From: Zygnema circumcarinatum SAG 698-1b
Lineage: Eukaryota; Plantae; Zygnematophyceae
Reading direction: 5' to 3'
Assembly: GCA_037447605.1 (NCBI GenBank)
Contig: CM074810.1
Location: 964,880 to 1,028,879 of the forward strand
Length of the DNA: 64,000 nt
Shown here: positions 38,673 through 50,612 of the stretch, one piece after another
Position numbering within the stretch: position 1 is the stretch's first letter
Layout of the letters: each line of letters starts with the position of its first letter
Program-made: the position numbers and the translations under genes
Notes under the pieces: generated by a model
What the model was told of the DNA's origin: nothing
Seen by the model: only the letters and a program-made list of their open reading frames with translations
Database searches by the model: none

Positions 38673-40388
38673 CTACGAAGGCGCTCGGCCCTTATGACCC
38701 GCTTCGCTGCGTCGCTGATGCCGGCCATGCCTAAACAGCGAGGTCATGGCGACCTCGTCCATCTCCAACAGCTCCGCACGGGTCGGCACGTCACCGGCAG
38801 CCTCTCCGGCCTCCTCCTCCTCCCCGGCGGGGGGATAGGGTTCAGGTGCCGGCGGGCCTGCTGGTGGAGCTCCCGCGTAGCGCCCTCGCTTCCGTGCGCG
38901 CACAGGCGCTCCGCCAAACACCTCGGCCCCACCTACCTCCTCCACCTCGAAGTACTCCCTCCGCGTCTTCTTCATCTGAGCCCCTTGGGGGGACTCCACC
39001 TCCTGGGAGATCCCAAAGGCGCCCATCGCCTTGTCGAACTGTGCCCGATCCTTGACGTAAGACTCGAGCAGCAAGCTGTCCGGGTTCTGATGAATATGTC
39101 GGGCCAGCTCATCGGGCCTGTTCAAGGCCCTCGCCGGGGAGAACCCGACCTTCATGGCGTAGCTCGCCAACGCCTGCAGTGAGTTGGTGAGGGCCTGCTG
39201 GTTGAAGCTCGGGGGACGACCCCTGGGTCCCGTATAGGGAACCCCGGGGGTCTCGGGTAGGAGGGGCGGGCCGACCCAGGGGTTCCTCCCGGCAGCGGCG
39301 TTGCCGCTGAACCACTCGAACGCGGCAATCTTGTGTATCTCAAGCTTGGCCCGTTCTTGAGTGACGGTCCTGACGTGCGTCGCAACGACCCGAGCGTTGG
39401 AATGCTTCAGCATGTCGGCCCTGTCGGCCGCGAAGTTCACGATCTTGACAACATGGGCGTACGCCAGCACTAGGGCGAGGAGTTCCGGGTCGTCTGGGGA
39501 GAGGATCGCGGTCAGACACTCCACAGGTAGCTCCCTCCCATAGATATAGGAGATCGCAAGTCGGCGAGCCTCCTCTATGCGGATATTGGAGGGGGACCTC
39601 TTCCCGACTGAGGGCCGCCCGGCCTGAGGCCGGAGCGTCGGCAGCGTGCTCCTAGGAATCACCCTCGTCAAGGCGGAGCGGGTCTCCGGTCCGAAGGCTG
39701 GTATATAGAACTCGTTGATCGTCGCGGTGAGCGACTGCTCCACACGACTGAGGCTGTACCACACGGTCAGGAGATCGTTGTACCAATCTTCTGAGTTGAC
39801 TATCCCAGCTGCGGCCGCGTAGGTCTCCCCGTCCACGCAGATCCTACTGGGCGGTGTGGTGGCATAGGAGGGCCACCCCAGCTGGGTCACGGAATCGTAC
39901 ATTACGTGCAAATTCTTCCGCAGAGCTTCGGCGGACGCACCAGCATCATGAACGGTCCCCTTACCGACCGCCTTAAAGAAGGGATACGCCTCCAACAGGG
40001 AGTTGAAGGGCATACCCTCAATCAGCTTCGACCGCGCCTCTCGAGCGGCCTCCCCCATCAGCCTCACTTGCAGGGGCCCGTGGCGCTGTGCGAGGGCGCC
40101 CTCCGCGGCCTCGCGCTCCTCCTCCTCAGTCCTCCCCATCCTCTCGTCGACACGTTCACGGAGCTTGATCGCCTTCTTCAGAGCCTTAAACTGGGCTATG
40201 AGCATATCAGGGTCCTTCATCAACTGCACGACCACAATCCGGAGGAAGCCACCCTCCTGGATTAAGAACGCGGCGGCTCGCTCCAACTCAAGCGTGCGGT
40301 CCCGCTGCTCCTCTTGAGCCCTAATGCGGGCAAGCTGCTCCGCAGCCGAGGGAGAGGACGGTGGGCCCATCGAGGTCTGGCTCGACAT
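38673..40388 (-). CDS. Intronless, GC-rich 571-aa orphan ORF; candidate endogenous viral element or mobile-element structural (gag/nucleocapsid-like) gene
   Basis: Uninterrupted frame (ORF track 38673..40415; first ATG 40388) in an otherwise intron-rich genome, with a sharp GC contrast to the AT-rich flanks. It has a predicted N-terminal coiled coil, a helical-looking core and a Pro/Glu-rich tail. No CCHC knuckle, RT, integrase or transposase motif is seen. The origin is inferred, not recognised. Confidence 0.6.
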   Translation of the reverse strand: MSSQTSMGPPSSPSAAEQLARIRAQEEQRDRTLELERAAAFLIQEGGFLRIVVVQLMKDPDMLIAQFKALKKAIKLRERVDERMGRTEEEEREAAEGALAQRHGPLQVRLMGEAAREARSKLIEGMPFNSLLEAYPFFKAVGKGTVHDAGASAEALRKNLHVMYDSVTQLGWPSYATTPPSRICVDGETYAAAAGIVNSEDWYNDLLTVWYSLSRVEQSLTATINEFYIPAFGPETRSALTRVIPRSTLPTLRPQAGRPSVGKRSPSNIRIEEARRLAISYIYGRELPVECLTAILSPDDPELLALVLAYAHVVKIVNFAADRADMLKHSNARVVATHVRTVTQERAKLEIHKIAAFEWFSGNAAAGRNPWVGPPLLPETPGVPYTGPRGRPPSFNQQALTNSLQALASYAMKVGFSPARALNRPDELARHIHQNPDSLLLESYVKDRAQFDKAMGAFGISQEVESPQGAQMKKTRREYFEVEEVGGAEVFGGAPVRARKRGRYAGAPPAGPPAPEPYPPAGEEEEAGEAAGDVPTRAELLEMDEVAMTSLFRHGRHQRRSEAGHKGRAPS

Positions 40389-40987
40389 GCTTAGGTCCAA
40401 GTGGGACCTAAACAATAGGGGGAGTCAGACCTTGACTATCGCCCGCGGAATTCAAAGATTCCGCTGGCGGAAAGGTATTGATTTCGATTGCAGAATTTGG
40501 ATCGGAAACCGCGGCTCCCCCCGAACCTCTGTCCCGTCCGTACTTCGAAATAGGTTACAAAAATGAGATACAGGCTCGGCGCCCGAGCCTGTCGAAGGTC
40601 CACTTTTGGCGGAAAAGGCCTGCCGTACAACGCGGAATTGGCCCGACGGGCTCGCGCAATTGGTTTGGCGCTGGTCAAGGTCTCACTCCCCCTAATATGA
40701 TTGGTCCAAGTTTACTGCAGAAATGGGGAAGCACTTTTGGGGTGCTCGATCCCAGTTTAGAGGACCGGCGGAAGTATGCCGGCTTGACCCAAACAACTAG
40801 TGTTATGCAGTTTTTATGGGACTGCCGAGATACGGTCTCCCTAGGATACTCCCTTTGAGACCGAGCAGTTCTACCATTTTTGGATGCGACTGAAACCTTA
40901 TGTCACTAAGCAGTTGCAATTAAACCCTGCTACTGTATGGGGAACGCATATTGTTTAGGGCCGCTTGCCGACCTAAGAGATGTGCAA

Positions 40988-41038
40988 GGTTTAGGGTCGG
41001 GTTTAGGTTTAGGTTTAGGTTTAAGGTTTAGGGTTTAG
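40988..41038 (+). repeat. Interstitial degenerate plant telomeric tract (TTTAGGG/TTTAGG)
   Basis: GGTTTAGGGTCGGGTTTAGGTTTAGGTTTAGGTTTAAGGTTTAGGGTTTAG. Confidence 0.85.
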
Positions 41039-41949
41039 TCCTCGGTGTGAATCTTTGTTAGGATGCAAAAGTCAGAGGTTGTGAACAAAGAGTAAAAGCG
41101 GGTGAGATAGTAGACCGCTACCAGAGAAGGGTTGGCAAAACAAAGCTTGTGAGTGAACTGTATAAAGGACTGATGAAATAAAGTAAGTGTTTATGTGTTA
41201 TGTGCTAATCCAATGGGACTGTGAGATATGTTACGCTTCAAGTGAGAATGTGTCATTTCCTTAACACAAATGACAAGTGTGCATATAAACTAGTAGAAAG
41301 GTGGCTTTTTTTTTTTGGATGTTAAGAACTTAAAGTTTTTGTTAATTTGATGTTTTTTTTAGTTATGAATAACTTAGATTTTCTGGTAGTTGATGTTTTT
41401 TTTACCTTAGCACTTGCGTTACGTATTTGACATCAGGATCCGTATTGTTTTTGTGTCTGATCTTCAGTGGAAGGCAGTGCGGATTGCCATTTCGCTCAAC
41501 CCCTATTGCAAATGACGAAATTGCGGTTCATTTACAACAAGGCATTTTGAACAAAGAAGGGCGAAAGTTTTGAAATACATAGCCCTAAAATTTCACACTC
41601 TCTACTATTTCGTTGACTTAATCGACATTCCAACAAACATGCACCAGCTGCCCGGCGAGCAAAATCCTACACTGTACCTCGCCCGCGACCAAGTTGCCAA
41701 TCAAAGAGGTTGACTTTACAAAAGAAGTTCTATCCAAATGTTTGTTGCGCTCTGAAGGACGAATCCTTCAAGTCCAGTGAGTCAATACCCTAATCGCGAA
41801 CTGCAACCTACAAAACATCACACAACCTCTATTTGGACAACCTCAAACCTTCCGCAGCAGCTTTCTCCGTTGCCAGTCCATCACATGCACTTATAAAACC
41901 TACAGCGCAAAGTCTTTTGAATGGATGGACCCTGACGCATGGGGCTGCT

Positions 41950-44900
41950 TCACTTCGTTTTCCGCCAATTCCCAAGGTACTGCTCGGCAAGCCGTCTCAC
42001 AGAAGCCCCTTCCTTGATGAGAAAGTCAGCCGACTCCACATTACTGTGATGCTGCGTCACCTTTGCGGCTGTTTTCCCAACAGCCCATGCACACTGTTCC
42101 GCAGAAACCACACCGCTCCTTACAAGTGGTTTCAGGTATTCCTTCACATAGCTCTTCACCTGATACACCTCCCCGTCCTCCCCAGGCTCGCGTTGTCAAT
42201 ACTATGGAAGATCAAAAAAACATGCACGTGCTCAATAATCCTAAGATGAGCCATGCTGCAATGATTGATTTTTTAAAGATGCTTCAGATAAGGCAGGTTC
42301 AAGAGCCTCTCACCTGCTCCTGCACAGTCCAACTTCTACTGCCCTTCTCAGTATTAGAATCTTTCACAGCCTGCTGGTCACCACGTTGATCGCGATCACC
42401 CTTCTTTCTGCGAGATTTGTTCGCTGCCGGATCTCTATTCAAAGAATCACTTTTGCCAGTCCGACGCCTATGTTCAGATTTCTCCGTCTCCCCCGCCCTG
42501 ACTCTACTGCCCTCCCCCAAGTCACCATTTGCTGAAGGAGGCCCATCCCAAGCCCCACTGTCCCACTTGCCTACCGCTAAACCGTGCTGTTTGCTAATTT
42601 CGAACCTCACTTTCTCGATACGCTCTTCAATGTCCTCCTGTGCAGAAGGAGAGTTCGCAGGCTCATCTTGAGGTGGCGAAGAAGAGGTCCCATTATCCAC
42701 AGTAAAAAGAGCTGTCAGCGTACAGTTAGTCTCCATTTCTTCATTAAATGGGTCAGATGGGACTGCCAGAGTGGTTTCAGGTCCGCTAGTAGTAATGGCT
42801 TCAGTTGGGAGTGAAGATCGATCACCACTCTGTGAATCCACTCTGTGAATGTTACCTGAGGGAGAGGAAGCTTCTTTTGTTGCCACCGAGGGTTCAACGG
42901 CCAATGATAATGGAAGGCAAACTGCGGGTTGTTGATTACCAGACTTTTGGAATTTACCCTCAACCTCTGAATTGGTGCAAAATTCGATCCCTCCTTCAGG
43001 AGAAACAGCTCTCACTTCATCCCCAGCCTCACTCGGAGAAGAGGGTTCTATGAGCCCAGTTGCCATCAACGCTTTCATAACAAGGGCATCTTCTGCCATC
43101 TTTTCTTTCAGCTCTTCCTCCTCAACAACAGATTCAGTGTCCTCAGCTTCACTACGAGATGCAAGCTCTGCCCGCACCAAACTTCGTGAGGAATTAGTGA
43201 TGTATGCCCCTTTACTCCCTGACTGCTGAAAGACTTCACTCTCACTAGCCACTCCGGCTTTGATTGCCTCCTCACACTCCTTATTTCGCCCAAGTGGAGT
43301 CCGCAATTTTCGAAGATAAAGCTCCACCCACCGGGACAGATGCAACTGCAGAACAAGAAGCTAACTTTGATAAGAAACAGTTGATAATCCAAGCAACGCT
43401 TTAACTGGGAGGAATCAAGTGACTAGATGATCTGTTGAACAGGGAAAGCATGCTTGCAGATAACATACAGAGAACAGGCTCCAAGTCTATTGTTTGGCGA
43501 TATCTCTAAGTGATGCATGGGGAGATCATACCTGACGAATAGATGTTGGTATTCGGCTTCGAAGGTTGAGGGGAATTACAGGCCGCATGTCATCAGGCAA
43601 TGAAATCTGACCCATGATTTCCCAAAAGTATAAAAGAAAGACAAAGACAAGCAGCTAAAGTGAAACCTATATTGCAAAATTGTAGCGCGGAACAAACCTA
43701 TTGGACTAGAGTAAGCGCAACAGAGATTACGCTGGTGAGAAGTAACAAGCAACTCCTAAAGCTGCCCATATCAGTCAGAAAAATGCGAACATACACAGAT
43801 GACAAGGAAACGAATCGACAAAACCTTCGCACAGTTTGCGATGGAAGGAAGGAGCCAAAGAATGGTTCAAACTTCAAAGGGCCAACATTGCCCCCCTCTC
43901 TCTCTACCACTCACCAGGCAGGAAAACTCGCTCTTTTCTTGCTCCTTGACTCCGGCAGTTGAGGAGGCAACATCAGCACTCAACGACTTCTTAGAAGTCT
44001 CGAGAGAAGTCTTTCCTCTGCGCTGCGCCTTTCTCGCAAGGAGCTCTTGCGCTTTTCTCCTCCGATCTTCACTTGTTTTGTCAGAGATGTTCGCATTTTC
44101 ATTAGCAGACTTCTTTTCTACAATGGTTGTCGAAGGAGCAGAAGCGGCTGCTAGCAGGTTACTTTTGGCAAGGGGTTGAGGTTTCCTTTCCCGTTGTACC
44201 CTGTCCTTGAGCTGCTTCTCCTCAATAAAGTCTTTCTTCAAGGCAATAGTCTTTGATTTTTTATTACCAGCTTCATCGTGATTTAAACAGCCTGGTTTAG
44301 CTGCTTGTGGTAGGCCCACCTTTACGATTGGTAAGGCAACGCTACCTTGGGGCTTTTTTGTGCCACTACCTATAGACTCTACTTTCAGACCTACATCCGC
44401 TTCAACATTTTCTAGTCCACATGCTGCAGGTATAACAATGGCTTCCTGCATGATCAGTTTCGAACTCACATCCCTCAGCGCTGAAGTTGGGATTTCTTGC
44501 AGCTCATCCCTTGAGCTCATTTCCATCTCCTGTGAAGGCCTTACCTTTGTCCCCTCCCTTTGCAACCCGGCTCGCAAAATCACATTCACTTCTTGCAAGC
44601 CTGCAGGCCCTGCTCCTTGCAACGTTACCTTCATATCTGATATATCCTGCTCCAATTTCATACTCATTTGGTCCACCTTCTCCTCTGTTTTCAAGCTCGA
44701 GCCTCCTTCCTGACAATCACCTCCCAGATGTCCACCTTCCTCAAGTGATATCAACATCACACCGTTTGCATATTGCAACATTTCAGACTTATCTTCCACC
44801 TTCGGAGGCTCCACACTCACACTTTGCCCTCTCTCTCGCGAATCAAGCAGCAGCATTTGTGCCACATCTCCTTCAGATTCGACCTTCAGATTTGGCAAGA

Positions 44901-47900
44901 CTTCCGGACATCCATCTTCCTCTCTCTCCCTCTCTCCCTCTCCCCCTCCCCGTCCCCCTTCCCCTCCCCCTCCTACTCCCCCTCCCCCTCTCCCTCCAAC
45001 TCCCTCTCCCACTCCCTCTCTCTCCCTCTCCCTCTCCCTCTCCCTCCTCCCTCTCCCTCTCCCTCTCCCTCTCCCTCTCCCTCTCCCTCTCCCTCTCCCT
45101 CTCCCTCTCCTCTCCCTCTCCCTCTCCCTCTCCCTCTCTCCCTCTCCCTCCCTCTCCCTCCCTCTCCCTCTCCCTCTCCCTCTCCCTCCCTCTCCCTCTC
45201 CCTTTCCCTTTCCCTCTCCCTTTCCCTCTCCCTTTCCCTTTCCCTCTCCCTCTCCCTCTCCCTCTCCCTCTCCCTCTCCCTCTCCCTCTCCCTCTCCTAC
45301 TTCCTGAGGCTCCCCTGTCGATCCCTTTACCTTCTCCTGTTTATCCGTCAACGCTCCGTTCTTTTCTCCACAACATTCAGCATCTGAAGCTAACAAGACT
45401 TTCAGATATTCTGCGTTCAAACATTTCTCCTCAGGTAGTGGTTCTGCTCCGACTTTCTGACGTTCCTCTCCTTCTGTTTTTGCAAATTCTGCCGCTCCTT
45501 CTCCAGCCATTGCCTCCAAATTTGACTGAACCTCCAAGTCCAAAGGCTTTTCTTCTGAAATCAACTTTTCTTCCACTTGCTGAGCCATCAGACTCAAGAC
45601 TCCTTCCTTCCTTCCTTCCTTCTTCCTTCCTTCCTTCTGTAAGTTCAACTGCAATTGAACCGACCTTCCCTCAGGTTCGGTCAGCTCGGTCGGCTCGGTC
45701 AGCTCGGTCGGCTCGGTCGGCTCGGTCGGCTCGATTGGCTCGGTTTCCTCGGGTTTGGCTGAGTCTGATAAGACGTCCAAATTCAGTGTATTCAAGGACT
45801 TTGACACTTTCTCTGAGGAAAGACATGGAGTTCTATTCTCCTTCTGCGGCTCCACGTGGAAGCCATCCGACCACTCACCTTCCATCTCCTGCTCATCGTC
45901 CTCCATTCCCTTTGTCTGCCGCACAATTTCCTCAATTCCACAAAACCCCTCCAACCTCGTCCTCCCCACCTCTCCAGAAGTACTGCCCTTTAGGGTTGCT
46001 ATAGTCACTACAGGCACGGCATTAGATGTGATTCCCTTTGCCTTTGTTGCCACTCTGTGCTCTGTTTTCATGAGCTTGTCACCGGCAGGAGAACTGCTCG
46101 TTGATAATCTTGCTCCTTCTGCTTTCTTCTGCCTCTCAACTTTTCTCTTCCAGAACTCAATTTCCCAATCTCTGTCATATCCCTTTAGGCCTCTTCCCCT
46201 AGCATATAGCCTCTTGGCGAGATTTTCTCTCACCTTGTCCCCGAATTTTCCTTTCTGTATCTGCTTTGAAGCACCTCTACCTGAACCTTTCAAGTCGGAA
46301 GCCCTCTCTTCCTTCGCCTGTTTCTCTTTCAGCTTTGACACTGCTGTCCTGTAAGCTGTTAAAAACTGATCATCCGTGACATCTACTTTCTCTAAAGTTT
46401 TCCCTGCTCCATACCCAGCAGCTTTAATTCGGTCCTCTTGAATACTTGCAATTATGGACCTCTGTGTACCTCCCTCATCGTCTCGCTTCAAAATTTTCCG
46501 CAAGCGGCAACTCTCCGAATGATCCATCGACCGCTTCTCTTTTGCTCCTATATTGTCTGCCTTCCAATCAATCTCTGCCGACCCATGCATGACTGAACTT
46601 TTGACTGGACTCTTTGCAGCTATCACACGATTTGAAGTATCTGAGATAGTCACTTCGAAATTGCTGTATGGGGACTTTGAAGGCCAACCAGCAACAAGTC
46701 TTTCACTGGGCTTTATAGTCTTCAAAGGGGGCTCACTACACTCCCTGCCAATTGAACAAAAGGAATATTATGCAAAAAGTATATGAATATTGCAGCAATC
46801 ACCAGCACTTGAACACTAGATAGTCGAGCAAACAGTCGTACTGAATGTTTATCCCACCTACACGACCTCTTCTTAACCATAAAAAGAAACGCATGACAGT
46901 AAAGACCTCATTCAAAAGATAAACATGGAACTCACCCCTGGGTCGAAACCACCAAACTTCTTTTGCGTTTACCATCAGCACTTGGCAGCTCCTTTCTGCG
47001 CTTCAAATCGGTCAGCGTCTCCACGAAGCATGACTTGTCTGAATCCTTTACTTCCCTTTGCTTCCCTAACAACTCTCCCACTTGCTCTTCCTCCTTACAC
47101 GTATCGATCGAATCCTGCTGTGTTACCACCATGGGATCTGCGATCATTTCACGGTCTAACCCTCCCGCTTCATCTCCATTGTTTTCTCCTTCAACCACCA
47201 CCATATTGTCTTGCAAAGAGCAGGCCTTATCATCGATCTCTTCCGAAGGCTCTGGCAACTTCTTTATCGCTTCCATATACACGGCATTGGCCTTTGTCGG
47301 CTCATACACTTCAATAGCCTCTCTCGTCACCTCAGAGCATCCCTCTTCCTTTCTCACCTCATTCAACTCCGGAGCCTTTGCAGGAGCAGCCTCTTCATTC
47401 TCCATCTGCTTCGCCTCCTTCGCCTCCCCTTCCTCTGTCAAAGTTAAAGGCATACTTTGCTGTCCCACATCTGCAGTCAACTCCTGCTCATGTCTCCTTG
47501 TCTCCCCATCAGTTCTATCAGGAATCTCGAATATTTGCCGGCTTCCAAGTAAACTTGCCACAGCTGCAGCAATAGAGCCAAGGGTTTGCCTTCGTGGAGA
47601 AAGGAGACTTTCCATGCTATCTCCTGTCAGACTAGTCCTGCCATGTGCAGGCTGCACTGAGATGTCTCTCTGGCTAGAAGGATGAGAGAGACGATGAGAG
47701 ACTCCCACTTCCGGAGGGAGGCAGCGTGGGCAAAGCCATGTCCCATTGCCAGAATTGTTGGTGTCGAAACCCACACAAGCGGCATGATACCTGTATCTGG
47801 ATACAACACAGAAGTTAGTGCCACTGATGACATTACATAACGTGGTCTTCACTAAAGTCTACATAACTTAGCAACTTGGGAACTTCTAGAAATCCCTTAC

Positions 47901-50581
47901 AGGTTTACTCTCCACCAAGGAAGGGGCTCATCTGACTAGTCAAGAATGCAATTTAAGATTCTACCGTCTCTCCGATGCAAAACAAACTTGTTTTGGCAGT
48001 GATAGGTCCACACATTACTGATAGCCTCTAGCCCCACAAACAAAAGGTTCTGCGACGAACTAATCGCAGTTCGACGATGTCTCCTCAAGAATCTTGCCCC
48101 ATAATGATTATAAGCCCATAAGATAAACTTTATAAGATAAACTGCCAGCAGTTCATCTCGGCCCAACTGGCAATAAATACTCTGAAATTACAGAATGAAA
48201 CTATCTCTATTAATCATACTACAGGATTTCTCCTACCCCTCTCCTACCCCTCCCCAACATCTGCTTGTGCTCACCATCGATCACAGCCGTCACAGCCGAC
48301 CGATACTTCCGCCGATTCCTCCTCCTCGTCCCGCGGCCCCCCTATAGAACGGACCATGCAGGCAAAGCCTTCCAAACATTCAACTGCATCTTCATCGATG
48401 TAGTACGATGGGAAGTAGTGGGGCAGAGAATCATCGTAATACACTCCTCTCTGATCTCTGTTTCCAAAATACCCCTCTCCAATTTCCACATTAGGGACAC
48501 ATGAAACAAAACAACCAGCATCAGAACAAAATAGGAAAGGGAGACGCATTATGTGAGTACGTTTCATACTTTCATGTTCGCGTTCGCCCCTTTCTCTTCT
48601 CTCCCTCTCTCTCTCTCGCTCGCTTGGCCTCAATTACCTTTCGTCAACAACGATGCTGGAGGGCTCGACCGAAGATCCACTTTCCAGTTTGTTCTTGCAG
48701 TCCGCGGAGAGTGGGAGGCGAGAGATGAAGCGAAACCGACGCTTGCAGAGGGGGCATAGATTGGTGACTGTAGCCCATTCGTCTATGCATGAGAAACAGT
48801 ACCTGAAGCCCTCCCCAACCCACTTCTTAACAATTCCAAACCAGCACAGTTTCTAGTGTATAAGAAGCAAAATAAACATAAAAGCTGAGCAACAACCTCA
48901 TCGACACATAGATGACGATAGTGAAACCGTTCACAACTCAATCAGATAGACAATTGAGTGTCAGAGAGCTTTAGAAGTTTTTCAGCGATGCTGACTTCGC
49001 ATTAACAGAAGATCAAATTCCTTTACCAGGCTAATCAAGAAGCAGATGAGCCTGCAAGTCCTGACCGGCTGTTGCAGAACATCAAGATGGTCAGTCTGCC
49101 AACATAGCCACTGACCAATACAAGCAGCAGTTTTGCTAGAACAATTTCTGAGAGCTTACAAATCTGCCACTTACGAGGTCAGTGTATCACAGTGATGACA
49201 TTGTGAAGCATACAATCAAGCAGCCTTTCAACAGTTCAACAATTTATATACTCAGCTTAGGTTCTGACCACTGGAATGCTTCAAATATTAAGCCCGGGAG
49301 CTATCCAGGCAGAGTTTGGAGCTAACAAAAGTAGACCCGTAAATCTAACAGCAGCTGCCTTCCAAGTCAGATCAGGACAAGAAGGAAAAAGGGGCAGGCT
49401 TTACATCACTATAAAGTGGAAAAAATCACTATCTCCCTTTAATAAGTGTTACTCACATGTGGGAGCAGCAGTCCAACACTCCCCGCTCCCATACTTCATC
49501 CAAGCATATCCCGCAGCTATTGCCTTTCTCGTCTGCTTCTCCTTCATTCTGCAACCGACATGAATTCTCATTTTCAATTTAACAATAGCTGCATTAACTA
49601 CTTAGACTAAGATTCTACGAGCAAGTTACTATCTCTACATTCACCAGTCGGCCTACTGCCATTTTGAGCACGGCCTATGTTTGTTTCATAAATTCCTTTA
49701 ACGTGTTCTAAGTGGCGGATATTACAAAACCAACTAACAGCAAAGACATTTCACGAAAAAATTGGTTCATACATGATCCACATGGCTAATATCATCAAAC
49801 GTGCCATCTCTTACAAGAACAAGCTCAGCCTCTATCAACGAGAACAGTATGAAGAAAAGACAAACGAGATACTTGAGCAGATTTGCTCAATTACAGTGGG
49901 CACACCACAATACAGGCAAGAGCTTTTGAGTTTTTGTCCAGACACCAAGTCCAAAAATACATAAAATCGAGAAAATCGTGCAGATCATTTGAAAACTGAA
50001 GGTTGCATTTGCTCCGTCCCTGCAGTACACTAACATGGCCCTTCGTTCCCTGAATTCCATATGTCTCCCTTTTCCATATTTGGAGATAGGCAAACAAAGT
50101 AGCACCAACAAAAAAAAATTGCGTGCATCGCTTCTGCGTAGTCAGAGGCTCCCTGTCTGTACAGAACAGGAGTGCTAAAAGGCCCTTTCTCGTTCTTAGC
50201 AACTACTCTGTTTTTCCAAACACTGAAATGTATCAACACATGTATACTCACCTTGACGTTCCCTTGTTCCTCTGCATCCTCGTCAGTGCTCCATCCCTCA
50301 CCATACCCATCAGCCTCCGGCAGGACATGTCTCTGCATCTTAGAGCTCTTGAACCTTTGCTCGTTCCTTCCGCCCTTCTTGACTGTCTCCCCTCTCGCGG
50401 ATTCCGTTTGAAAATCCGAGAAAGATGCGCCATCAGCCAAACGCATATTTCGCCGGACTTCTGCCTCTGCACTTTCGTAGGCAGTTCGAAGATGAGCCTG
50501 TACACAACAGACATTTTTGGACTATTAAGTACATTCTCCCAAAAGCGTACAACCTTACTGCTGCAGTATACCTTGCCTTGC

Positions 50582-50612
<31 letters not shown>

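Noticed and set aside
41600-41720. Possible RNP2-like remnants (LF-IGNL, MFVG) of the missing RRM 5' exon beyond the island
   Set aside because: They need a frameshift or lack splice support; too short to claim.
44487-46004. 505-aa Pro/Leu/Ser-rich plus-strand ORF
   Set aside because: Antisense shadow of the large RING-PHD exon and its microsatellite.
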